A stretch of DNA of 64,000 nt from Phoronis australis (taxonomy: Eukaryota > Animalia > Phoronida): the NCBI GenBank assembly GCA_002633005.1, contig NMRA01000047.1, positions 707,326 through 771,325 on the forward strand, read 5' to 3'. Both the position numbers and the translations under genes were made by a program. The notes beneath the pieces are model-generated. The model searched no databases and was not told where the DNA came from. It was given only the letters and a program-made list of their open reading frames with translations. The first letter of the stretch is position 1. Each line of letters opens with the position of its first letter. Of the stretch, positions 24,566-37,300 are shown one piece after another.

Positions 24566-27500
24566 TCGTCAGGCACTGAGTTGAGCTTCCATCGCCCGAG
24601 TGTTCAAGAGCATGTCGGTCATAAACTGCAATGCATTAACATGAATACCTCTCATCCATACATCGAGGAGATTTTTACAACCGAGATCTACTTAGATCTC
24701 TGGGGGACATGTTCCGTAACGCTAGTGTCTCGCGAATTTGGTTAGATTATGCAAGATCACGTTAATGTAGGAACCAAATTTTGCTGAGGTCTTCCTTCCT
24801 AGCGTACAGGACCAAATAGCCGTGGGTTGCTTGGCAACGTCGGAATGTTGAATTGTGGGAGAGAAATCACTTTCCTCCAAGATTTCTCGCGGTAATTGAT
24901 TCTCCTTACGAGGTTGCGCGGTCTCCATTGGATATTATACAAATATGACCCTAGGGTTTGATCCATATTTTTAATCATTATAGGATAATTGATACTTCTT
25001 TCCTCTGATTTTTTCGTCTCTTAATGTATTGGTGAGTTTGTACCTAGCCAGATCATAGACTATAGATAACGAGTATCTATGGTTAGATGTGCTGTCATCG
25101 TCTGCTCGCTTTGTTAATTAGGTCAGGATGGTTTCTGGAGCATGTAATTGGTCACATCACGAATAGCGACTGGTGACGTCCTGGTGGCACGAATGTAGGG
25201 TGATGTTCCACCTCATAACTGAAGTTATGGTGCGGCGTTTTAGCCAATCAGAGGACAGGAGTATCAATTATAGTGCCTGGTCTCTTCAGTTTTCATAATC
25301 GTGTAACGACCTATAGAAGTTAACGTGATGTCTCAGTCCTGCGCAACATTAAAGAGGAAAGTAAATGAAAATCGCAGAAAAATGTAGTGTGTAGTTGTAT
25401 TTCCTTCTGAGTTTGAAACGGTTGTTTTTGAGCTTCCTATGGTAAGTAAATATTACAGCCGGATTATGTGAAAACCAGATTGTTCTTTGTTAAAATGGGT
25501 GAAGATCAGACTTATTTGTTAAACTATTTGGAACTATTAGATAAGTATATATTATTATCGTATTTGAAGCATAATAATAGGTTCGAGAAGTATTCACATC
25601 TGTATCGTGAAGATTATTTTTTGCGATCTCAGGGTTGTGACTTGTGGCAAAGGTGTTTGTAAACGTATTGTTTTTTGTTGATGACGGCAAAGGTTGTTTT
25701 ATGGGTGAAGCTGTTTATATTTCAAACTTGCCTTAACTCGTTTTCCCTTTGTATTCAAAACTGGTGCCTTTAATACTGCTCAGTATTTGTTTAAGTTATC
25801 CAATCTTGTCAACAACTGTTGCGACTAGTCGAACTGGCTAGTTTTCATTTTTATGTATGCCATGTGCTGATGTTCATTATGAAATAGCTCTCAATACAGT
25901 ATGTCTAGATGTGCCGTTTGAGATGTCGGGGGAAAGGTCAACTAACGTGGAGTGGGCTACATGTAAAGCAGTTGTTTTCAACATCATTTGGTGTTTTTAA
26001 GTCAATGTAGGGCTCTAGAAAACGTCCAAATTGGGCTAACTTCAGAACATCGTTCTCAGAAATGACTTTCATGAAAAAATCAATAAGTAAACGAAATGGT
26101 ATTGATAAAACGGTAACAAAAATTTTGAGATTTCATCTTGAACCTTTATTAAGTGAAATTTGTCTGTGTTATTGGTACCATTGTTTTGCTATCAATGTAC
26201 ACTGGCTTTGCCTTTTTCTCTAAATTTTACTAAAAAGACACCGTGAAATGTCAACAAGTACAGAAACAGCCTTTCTCCTTGAGAGGAACGCTATAGATTC
26301 TGCAATATATTTCCTGCTAGAATGCTCTTTATGGAGGCATGCGAAAACGCTCTGTATAATCTGTATCTAACACACTGCATTGTTTGAGATCATGGGATCG
26401 TTGAAAGAATTTCAAGGTGGCTATAAACGAAACTTTTGATTTAGACTTGGTTACTGTTGTGGAATTAGTCTCAATTTATTTGCTTCTTAGTCAAGATTGG
26501 TGTGCCCTCTGGGCTTGGAAAGAAACTGACAGTTCGCAATAATTGCTTGAGAAAATGCGTCTTGTTTTATTCGCTAAGTATGATCTCGTGCGAAAACGCG
26601 CTGTCAGTTGTTTGTAAGACCTTAGTAAGGAAAAAGTTGAGACCACTTTTATAGCAATAAGTCGTCTAAGCCGAAAGTTAGTTTCTTCGACGGAGCGCGA
26701 AATGCCGCTTTGAAGTGCCAAACTGACGTGATGTGAATAGAAACTGTAGTGCTTGTGTAACCTACGATTTGTATTTTAATAGGAAAAATACGAAAACTAA
26801 ATCCGCAGTAATCTTGGTAATAAGGTTTGTATATTTTGTTTATCGTTTACCAAATTGTATTTGTTTTGTCAGCATTTTGGTGACTTCTTGTTTTTGTAGG
26901 ACCTTATCTATGTATACATGTATGTGTCTCAACAGTCAGTGACATGAACATTCATTCTTACTACTATATGTGTTTCGTCATCATATTGTAACGTTACGTG
27001 TGATGTTGATCAAATTAAAAAAATGCTTTTTCCAAAACTCGTCATTCAATCTTTTTAGTTCATTTACCAAAAATTTACCTTTTTCTTTGGTTAAACAACT
27101 TTTTAAAAACGTTCAGAAATGGTACATGTGTCTTCGTGTGTTAAAAAATGTTAACGGTCAAGTTTAACAGACACAGTTGTTTTCTTAAGCATCACGAAAT
27201 GCTTACACTAGAAATACTCACTGTATACATGTAGGCAAATTTATTGGAGGACTCCATGGAGCCTGTCTCTCCCTAAGGACACGACCAAAAACAGTTTCCT
27301 TGGAAAAAAGGTAGTTGCCCCCCGTGAGACATCCTACATCCGCCAGTGGTATAATATACTCATTCATTGGCTTTCGAAATTTGCCGCTGAGTTGGGTGTC
27401 ACACCCACGTTGCAGTCTCAAAAAATTGGATGGATATTGTCGGCAATGCCTATAACATACGCTATGCTGGGTAGTGTGCAACGTTTCAACACAAAAACAG

Positions 27501-27949
27501 GTAAAGAGTCAGTTGATGCCATCATTGGGACCCCTTCTATGGGCGATAAAGGATATAATGGAAAACATTAGCCACGGGTCCACAGTCCTCTCAAAGGGCT
27601 GGGGCGCCTAGATGTGAAAGGACCAAATCTATACATAGGTTTCTCATACTTTTTGTGTGTTGGTTTAAAGCACGTTCTCAAGTGCGTTTAGACAATCTAT
27701 GCTGTAAAAACTAGAGGCCACTTACAAAAATGTCTTGGGTTAATTCAGCACTGGTAGATGAGACATATCTTAAATTTTTTCTCTTTTATACGTTTCCCTA
27801 CGTCTTTCCTTTTTCGACAGTCTCCTCCCGCCCTACGCATATGCCGTTCGCCACGGTTTCACATGACGCCTGCAAATTGATGGGGGCACGTGCCAACCTC
27901 GATTCCCCACTCATTATCGCCCTGTGGTTATGAACGTCCCCAGTCGCAC

Positions 27950-28340
27950 TCAGTAAACTTAAAGCGGCATTTCGTCCTATTTCAGTGGAGATCGAGTTTG
28001 GTCTTACTCTCAATATCGGCCTAAAATATTCCTTACCGTGACAGGAGGCATTTCCGTGAGCCTACCAAGTCTCGTCAAATTCCTTACCGTGATGGGATTC
28101 TATTCTAGTTACAAACTCGAGTCACAGGTATTGCGTACATTGGTCATTTTCGAATTCTTAATTTTTGGGTTGGACAACCCTATTAAACTCTGAAGTGTTT
28201 TTTTGAAGTCGCTGTTAGTTTCGATATTTTTGTTGGTAAAGGAAATGAAATCCTATAGCAGTAAGCAGAGGCCGATTTTATGAGAGTATACGACCTAATT
28301 CGACTTCAGTTCTTTGGTCAGCTAAACAGGGCGAACTGTA
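27950..28340. mobile_element. MITE family also seen at ~19530-19620, ~52215-52310 and ~59245-59445
   Basis: Shared GAATT(A/T)G(A/G)CC(T)TT..ACTGTCATAAAA...TTCCTTAC(C/G).TGA..G.ATTCTAT core and inverted ends. Confidence 0.5.
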
Positions 28341-30487
28341 GCTTTAACAAAATTAGAAAACTTACAGTTTTCCACTATGCGAAAGGGCTCCAGATATCTG
28401 CTACGATAAGTGACTTAGTCTCTGACAGAAATTTGGTCTTACGCTCGCACTTTACTATTACTGAGTAAAGGTTTAACTATGTCATTGTTAGCACAACGCA
28501 ATCCGAAAATAAGTTATGCAAATTATCTCACTAACTGAAGGCTATTCTCACAGAATGTCCAGTTTCGTTTTGGTGAGATCTCATTATTGTTCAGAAATAG
28601 TTCTGTGGAGCGTTACTACAGTGGCGGATTTAGGGGAGAGGGGCAAGGGGGCCATGCCCCCCCCCCTCCTAAAATTCTCCCAAATGCCATTTGACAGTTT
28701 GGGATGCGAATTGCTGACTAGCATATGCGCGCACCCAGGGTGGCACGGGGGGCGAATGCACAATGCATAGGCCTTGAACAAAATCCGTTTACCTTTTTTT
28801 AGTAATAAGGTTCACAAACCCAAAAATTTGAGACCCCTGCATCCCTACATTTTAGGCTGGGCGCGCGCATGTCGCGAAATTCTGGTGATTCCCGTGCCCT
28901 GCCCCCCCCCCCCGCCCAACTCAAAAAACAGTCTTACGTTACATTTCATGAATCTGATCCTGGAGGTTAACTAACTCATTCGTTTTTAAGAAAGAAATTG
29001 TGTTTCCAAAATGGTGGAATGATAACTCAATCTGCAGCGAAAATCGCGTCTTCAAATGTCAGCACCGCCAAAAGTTATCTGAAGTGTGTTTCTCGATTTT
29101 CACGATCACAAACACTAACACGTGTGGCAATATTTCTAGCAAGGAGTGTAGTAGTACACTCCTTGCTTATCGCAGACAAAGTTTTATTTCGGTAAAGTCG
29201 CGCAATTTTCGAACACTCAAAGTTAATTCCAATAGAACAAATTCATTCTTGGACGAATATCGCGGGACAAGATTTTCGTGGTGTTCGAATTTGGCGGACC
29301 TTCAAAATATGGCTTTTTGCTGTAGTCCGAATTTGGTGAGCTAAATCTTCGAAATTTTTTAGAAGTCGGCATGAGTACGATGAATAGACAATCGTATGTC
29401 GACGAGAAATAAATACGTATTTTCGTAACTTGCGAAAGAGAAAGGTATTGTTAATATGTGCACTAAACTCATGCTAATTGACCCCATTCATGTCACTCAA
29501 ACTTTCACATGTGAATTGTGTTGAACAATCAGAATTGTGTCTAGTTGGATAGAGATGGGGTCAATTCATAACTGCATGGCTGAAGATACGATGGACCAAA
29601 GAAAATAATATAGAACGCCAAGGACCCGGTCTAGAAAGCGAATGCAATTCACCAACTGTTTTTATTTAAAACTTTTCTCATCCACAGCCTTTGGAACGTC
29701 CAATGTCAAACCACACTTGAATGACGATAGGTGAACGTGTCTGCTTGCTGGCACCTGTAATGATGTGCGAAACAAGACTGACGACCTCGTCAATTTTTCT
29801 GCAAATAAGTGTTAGCTTCATCAAAACAGAGACAAAGCGAAAGCATGATAGGATTCTTATTTCCCAAAGAAAAAGTCTTCCGAAAAAAGTGACATAATCG
29901 GCAACATTGGATAAAATGCAAAAGGATGAAAATGATTACATGAGTTTATCTCAGGCAACACTTCAACATCAAGAATACTTCGATTTTCTTAGGTGAATGT
30001 GTTTGTCTTTTTCTTTTTTTTTTTCGCAAAATCTGAGAGGCAATAATGACCTTAGGCGTCCCTAGCTGTTGAACGCCGTGGCCTTCGGGTATTACGCCTT
30101 CCTTTGCCAGGCACGTAATTATAGAATTCAGTCATGATGTCCATCAACACGTACTCACCCACAAAAGCAGTTTTATTTATATGCATATCGCATCTTAAAA
30201 GCAGCTTCAGCCATTTACGAGCTTCGTATAATTATCCCACCAATTTTTCGAGATTAATCGAACATATTTGGGGAGATTCTAACACCTTAATTAATGAAAG
30301 GCTGGAAATATTCCAAGGACTTCAAAACAATTTAAGGAATACGCTCACTCAAAAGTAAGCTCGAATGTCAAGTTATTTCTGTAAGACGGGAAAGGAATAC
30401 GACTTCCCGCCCGCATAGCGTCTACTCGAGGAAGTTTGACATTTCTGGATCTGCTCAAATATTAATAAAAACAACGACATTTTTCAA

Positions 30488-30528
30488 TTTCAACATGTTT
30501 CGATGTCTCAAACATCATCATCAAGAAA
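30488..30528 (-). ncRNA. Candidate minimal type-I hammerhead ribozyme of the Penelope-like-element type
   Basis: Minus strand: TTTC-TTGATGA-T-GATGT(TTGAG)ACATC-GAAA-CATG-TT-GAAA: helix I TTTC/GAAA, 5-bp stem II, palindromic CATG in place of stem III. Confidence 0.5.
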
Positions 30529-30855
30529 AGCAATCAAGGTTATCTAACAATCTTGACCCACACAGTGTACAGTAGAGGTATCAGCACGCATAATGGCAAC
30601 AAAGCATCAAACACAATTCATAAGACCAGTGACAGCCTGTTGTGCGCCAGCTGCTTATTCAGCCTTCAGGCTTGAGTCAGTGTATTGACTCACAGATTTT
30701 AAGTTCCATGTGTTGTTTCAGCCCAGAGTACTAAAGCGTTACATGACTGGGTCTCTGCAAATGGTCATTAATCTGAGAAATATTGTCAGTACCTAAATGT
30801 TCTTTAGCGATGGCGAGTAGAACCCCCCTCTCTCTCACTCACTATCTCTGTCGCT

Positions 30856-31050
30856 CTCTCCCTCCCTCCCTCCCTCCCTCCCTCCCACCCTGCCTCCCTC
30901 CCTACCTCCATCCCTCCCTGNNNNNNNNNNNNNNNNNNNNNNNNNNNNNNNNNNNNNNNNNNNNNNNNNNNNNNNNNNNNNCTACCTGCCTCCCTCCGTG
31001 CCTCCCTCCCTCCCTCCCTACTTCCCCCCCCCCCCTCTCTCTCCCCCTCT
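30856..31050. repeat. (CCCT)n microsatellite spanning an N gap
   Basis: Direct reading. Confidence 0.9.
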
Positions 31051-31322
31051 CACCCTCGAGGTCAGTGGCTAAACAGTTCCAGTTAGGGCACACACACAAC
31101 TCAACGGCGGTTCTAGGGAGAACGTGTTAGCTTGAGTGGAACACCACGTGCATTTTTGTAGCCTCAATCACTGCTGAGCTGGAATCCGTGATCCATGCGG
31201 CAAAAATCGCTTATGGACGAACTGTCAAACATTGAATTCATCAACATTCCAACTTCATCGACCAAGATCACTTCACTGTCCGTCATTTTGCTAGTTTTCA
31301 CAATAGAACTCTTGCCCAGGGC

Positions 31323-31634
31323 TCGATACCTTATTACCGTAAACATAAAACTCTAGCCCAGGGACCCGTTCTAAGAAACTGACTCCACTTCTTGACTAAG
31401 TCTAAGATTCGTATCAACTTCTTAACTTAGAAACTCCCACATCCAGTAAGATAGTCAAAATTGATACAAAACTTAACTTCAGTCAAAAACTTAAGTCTCT
31501 TGAAGCGGACTTGAGACAATTTTTTAAGTTTAATCTTAATTTTGACTGAAAGTTATGATTTGTTTTAGCTAAGCCAGTTTACTTGGAACTGGTACCTGGG
31601 CTAGAGTTCTATGTTTACTTTGATAAGGTACCGA
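31323..31634. mobile_element. MITE with ~60-bp imperfect TIRs
   Basis: TACCTTATTACCGTAAACATAAAACTCTAGCCCAGGGACC... versus ...GGTACCTGGGCTAGAGTTCTATGTTTACTTTGATAAGGTA. Confidence 0.75.
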
Positions 31635-34001
31635 ACATACTGGTGAACGAAACATTTACTTTTCAAGGCACGAGAGTTTTGCCTGATCCCGCAAGACACG
31701 TCGTTTACAATTAAGCGGAAATTTAAACTACTAGGTTTTCAGGATGGGGTTCACTGTGAGAAAGACATTACTAGCAAAACCTTAAAATTGGGTAGTAATA
31801 ACAATTTTGAATTCCGGTCCTAAGCTATTGTTAAAAGAGCATTGTGCTGCGTCTAACAAGAAATGAAAAGAGAATTTCAAAATTTGCATTTTAAAGCAGA
31901 CCAGTGAGTTTTGCCGGTTGTGTTTCTCATTGTAAATGGTAAATTTGCGCATTGGGTATAACTGGTGTGTGAAATCTTCATGGCATAAGTCCAAATTAAT
32001 GCCCATCTTGACGAATAGGCAACAACGTGAGGTCGGCGACACACCATTTTGAGACGCCAGCAAGGAATTTTATTCATGGGCAATACATGTGACCATAGAT
32101 TCAGAAATGTTAAAATAAACTTTTGGGGTTTTCGCGTCTGACTATTTTTATGAAGTTACAGTGAATTAGCCCAATTCCCACAAGCGAGTGAAATGTCGAT
32201 TCAAACTAGCTAATTCACTTATTTTTGGATGACGAGACGTTCATAACAAATATGCGCTACATTCTTCAGAAAATATCACAATGACACTAAGTTCAGGGCC
32301 CTTCAGTACTCTTCATTATTTTTGCATTCTTCGAAGATTGTGTTTTTCAACAATAACAAAGGTTGACTAATGCGAGATCAATTGTTTACCTTGAACACGT
32401 ATCCAAGATACGGGCTGCGGTTGCAGGTGTTGTATAAATGTCATATCAATCATTATTGCGACTTGTGGAGTGCGAACAAACAAAATCATTGACAAATGAG
32501 ACAGACATATCGAGTGAGATACTTACGCCTGGCAATAACCACGCACTGTGTGATATTTGACCCCCAAGTTAAAAACTAACACGAATACATTTGTATGTCT
32601 TTTGGAGCAAAAGATAATGTTTGCCCAAAAATGAATGGGCAGCAGATGCTTTTTCACTGAAGTAGCAACAATATCTTACAAATGATGTACGTGGGCGCTG
32701 ACCCAAACCAAACAATTTTTGGAATTCTCTGTCTTTTCCTTTGTTTATGAGAGCAACTTGTCAAGAAGCCAAGAGAATTTTACTTGTTCGCCTTTGCCGA
32801 CGCCAAACATTTTTGATTCTACCCGGCAACAGAGACCGTTCAGTACAAGCTGAGTCCCCTCGGGAGCTTTCTGGGTAGGACATCATGCATTGTAAAATAC
32901 ATTTCCCATTTCAAAGTTCTGATGAAAAGTTTTTCACGCACTATAGAGTAAGTTCACATGTTAATGCATAAGGTTTCGTACCGAGCTAGTGCTTCTTTAA
33001 AAGAATTTTTTACACCAGGACCTACCCTTTTTCTGAAAATACAGAAGCGCCGTTCTTTGAAAGTAGATGAATTGAGCACATAGCAGTGTGCTGGTATAAA
33101 AACGGAAAGACTGCGATGATGACTCCATTATCCTTTGCCTTAGAGGTCCCTGGAGAAATGTTATTTTTATTCCATTCTCAAATATAAAAATCTGATCTAA
33201 TTGCTCTGGAAAATCTGTGCATAACAAGTTTTCGCGCATTGAATAAGAAGTCTGGAGTTATCAAGTGCGTCACGATCTATGAGATTATGTGCTGCAAAAA
33301 CGTCCTGGCCAGGGCCCAGCACTTGTAGTTGACGAAAGTTCTTTTTAAATATTTTCTTTTTGTGTACTGTCCCGAACCGCCCAGTACCAGTCACCACGGT
33401 TCACCGACTTCACCAAGATGCCTATAAATTATTGAGGTCACATGCCTCCCTGCTTCCTGGCTATGACCCTGTGCAATAATCATACTTGTGCCCAGCTTTG
33501 CACTTTTCCAGTATAACATCCAAAATCTCCTATTTACACCTTTTGTCAAATGTTTTTTTTTCTTTTTGCCACCTGAGAGCCCTAATAAAAACATGTTTTT
33601 AATGAATTGCTGTATTCCCATGGTGATTAAAGGACCTGTTCATCAGGTGCTGGCAATGGACAGACATGACGGTACTCCGTAATCCTCAGCCACAACAGTT
33701 TTCAAGAATATTAAAACAACATGACAGTTCCACAGACAACCTCACTAGTCAAGACTTGAGTATCAAAAACACAAGTGAATTTTACATAAGACTGATTTAT
33801 TTTCAACAAACGGCTATAATTTACAATAGCCAAAGCAAAATGGACATCCTAACATCAAACATTCGAAAACTACTGCTCAACATATTTCAATAGTTTCAGC
33901 TCAAAACTTCATCATCAGTACAAGTAATTTGGTACAGTGCTCTCGATCAATCATCATTTGGTGTAATTCATTATCTCGATCAATCATCAGGCCCGGCCAT
34001 T

Positions 34002-34350
34002 TCACAAAATGCTCAGTATCTGAAGATCTGTTTCCCTTTGTAATTTTTTAAGTTCATTCCTAACTCTTGTATACTCTTTCTGATCAACACACTCCTGGAA
34101 ATGTCGTTTCCTGTTCTGGTTCACATTCTGTGGACTGGAACTCGGTTGCTTAGGAGTCAGCTGTTTTGCCTCTTGTAACAAGCATCTCAACGATGATGTA
34201 ATATAATTCAACTCTTGTTGTAATGTGGTAAAGAGCAGGTGATCAGGGGAAGAGGAGGTAACTCTAGAAATGAGTTGCGGAGACAGGATAACATTTCGTG
34301 GAAGATGGCGCAACAATGAGTGCACAAAGGCCATCAATAGACTCTCACTT
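34002..34350 (-). CDS. FANCB: FANCB last coding exon
   Basis: SESLLMAFVHSLLRHLP...LQRETDLQILSIL*; stop at 34002-34004. Confidence 0.87.
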
Positions 34351-37300
34351 CTGAAATGAAAAAGCCAAATGCTCGTATTACAGTCTCTTCATGATGCATG
34401 AAATGCTGATCATTTCAAAATGTTTTTGAAGAAGAGGTAATGGAACAATGGTGATTTGTTATATATCATTTGTTAGTTCAGTTTTTGTACATTTAGCAAT
34501 TTGTAAATCATCAGCAGAGTAGTGATTCTGTTACCACCTATGCTATGTAAACTAATTGAAATTTTGTATGCCAGGTTTCATAATGATTATAGCAGAAATT
34601 ATTAAACAAGAGCAACGCAAACTTTGCTTAAAGCCTAAAAATTTGAACGGGACGGCATTGCCAACAGCATTTTTCTAGGCTTGTTTACTGGTATCATAAA
34701 ATGATCATTAGGTGGCGAAGAAAGCATCAAACCCATCCAAAAACATCGCCAAAAGCTATTTGCCAAATATCGTGAGAATTCTCCCAGGAACTCTGAGGAT
34801 ACAGAGGAAAATGTAAATTGCCACTAGGAGGTGTGGTAGTTGGATCCCTCCAAAAAGTTGTCATCTGCTGTCATGTTCCTTGGAATACACGAGCCAAATG
34901 TTACAAAGATCATGCAAGGGTTATTTTAAGAGAAACAGTCGCTGATCCAAAAAACACCCCTAGGGTCGCCGCAGCACTTGAACTAGTCTAAAAACCAATG
35001 CCAGTCCTGCTGTTGACTGTATGAACACATCTGCCAAATTTCTTAGCGATTCTTTGACCAGTCTGGTGGTTAGAGACACTGATGCCAAAAACAGGCTTGA
35101 ATATAATAAAACAAAATCCCGAGTGTTGATATGCACCCACTCTGTGCATTGAATATCTTGTAAATACAGGGGATTATAACTATTTCAAACATTCCCACTA
35201 AAGAGACAATGATAGTAAACTTACAATTGCAAGTCAGTAATGCTTTCTTCAATACAGACACATCTGTCAAGATCACAAACAACTTTAAGTCTGGTCTGTA
35301 TGTCACCTGTTGGCTACATCACGTGACCTAATGAACATAAGTCTGCAAAAATTTCTGTCCTGACCGGGACCCGAACCGGGGACCTTCCGCTAACCTTGCA
35401 GAAGCTCTAGTCCACTGAGACATCAGGACCAGTGGTCAAACACAAATATCCAATCAGACTTGGCAATGGGCAATCCGGTCCATAAACTTGTGAGTGTATA
35501 AAAATATTATGTAGATCTTGAACATACATATTTATATCTGCCAAGATCATAAAACAAAAATAAAACTGGCATTAGGGGCACGGTAGTATTCAGATACGTC
35601 CAAAAATCATCATCTAATGTCATTTTCATAGAAGCACACTTGTCAAATTTCACAAAAATCTTGCACGAGAAACAACTGTGGATGTAAAAAAAGCAGAACA
35701 GTCATTACAGGGTGCCAAAATAGTCAAAACTGTGCTATGCTCTGTCCATTAAATACACACACCAGTTTCCATAACCATTCTTAGAATGGTTTAGTCGGTG
35801 GAGAGATGGATGCCAAAAATAGAGTTAAAAATACTAAAAAGGCCACTAGGAGAAGGATACAAGGTCAAATTGATCTGAGAACAAAAAGGCGTCATTGCCT
35901 CTTTTAACAGAAACTTATTTGCTACACTTCATAACAAGTGAAAAAATTCCAAAGCTAGAGAAAGAGGAAAAAATGAAATTGCCACCTGCGGCCACATTGG
36001 TAGTCGGATCTGTCCGAAAGCAGCTATCATCCACTGTCACCATCCTGCAAATATACTAGCCAAATTTTACGGTGTGTCAAAGTCAAATTTCTTGAAAATC
36101 CATCAAAGAACCCCGAGTTTATAGAGCCAAAGTAAAATTACCACTAGGGGGTACATCATTATTAGGATCTGTCTGTAAGTGATCGCTATCCTTCATCAGC
36201 TCCATTGGAGCACATAAGATCCTCCCAAGCAGTTTTGGAAATATAGCAATGAATGCCAGGTGCGTGGACTCCCAGAGATGACATCAATATGCACCCTCTT
36301 ATGCATAAGTGGGCACATAAAAATATAAAGGAATGCAACAAAAAAAAAATACTCCTGAAACTAATACCCATCTTCCTAAAGGCGAACCTGTGATAAACTG
36401 TTATGAAGTAGAGTTGCCGATGTTTCCTCTTCAAAGTGACCAATAATGACAGATCGTTTGGTCTCGTAAAGCAGGAGAACAAGGGGTGCGATTTCATTTC
36501 TAACTTGGACGTCATCACCCGTGACAGCATAGACAGACTTGTGTTTGGGCCGACAACTTCGGAGCTCAGAACTTCGACTTTTATCAGCGTCAAGATTGCT
36601 GCACTTTGTAGTGACAGTAAGTTGTGCTGAATGTCTGTAGCTGAAAAATAGATTGCAGGGACTGCAGTAAACACCAATATTGGAACAGGATATAGTAATT
36701 TGATAACTGTTAATTCAATCATGTTACCAACCCGTAGGCTGCATTTCGTTAAATTCACACATAAGCAGTTGGCGATGCTTGGTTTCTCAGTTATTTCATT
36801 CACCCATCAACTGCAAAGTCTGTATATTAACTTTATTTAGCAAACCCTGACTATCAGGAAAATACGTCTATCGTATTCACTGTAATAACCACCCATGCCC
36901 CTATAAGCGCCCCAAACGAGTTTTCAGACTTTGCTGAAATAAGCGCCCAGTCCATGAACGTGTACGTGCGAAAAATGCCTTACCTACAGTCCTAAAATTC
37001 TACAGTAACGTCTTCAATTTATCAATAATATCAGACAGTCCTGAAAAAAATCATTTTGCATAGAATTTGTAGACCACGAGCCTCACCGCTATTTCGGTAT
37101 TTAGCCGTGACTATACACTTCAAACTTCCACCATGCCTCAAAACGAACACAAAAGTTTTTCCGATCTTGCGAGGACCAATGGTCTGGCCTTTCAGAACAG
37201 ACGTAGTGTACTTGTCTACGGGATTGCTTTGTAGATATTTCCCGCTTTCAACAGGAATCCAAATTTCTTTGTACACATGAAAACCGCGAATCGAAGACCA

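Noticed and set aside
35357-35430. Possible functional tRNA gene
   Set aside because: Anticodon loop, D-stem and T-loop are non-canonical; kept only as a tRNA-derived repeat
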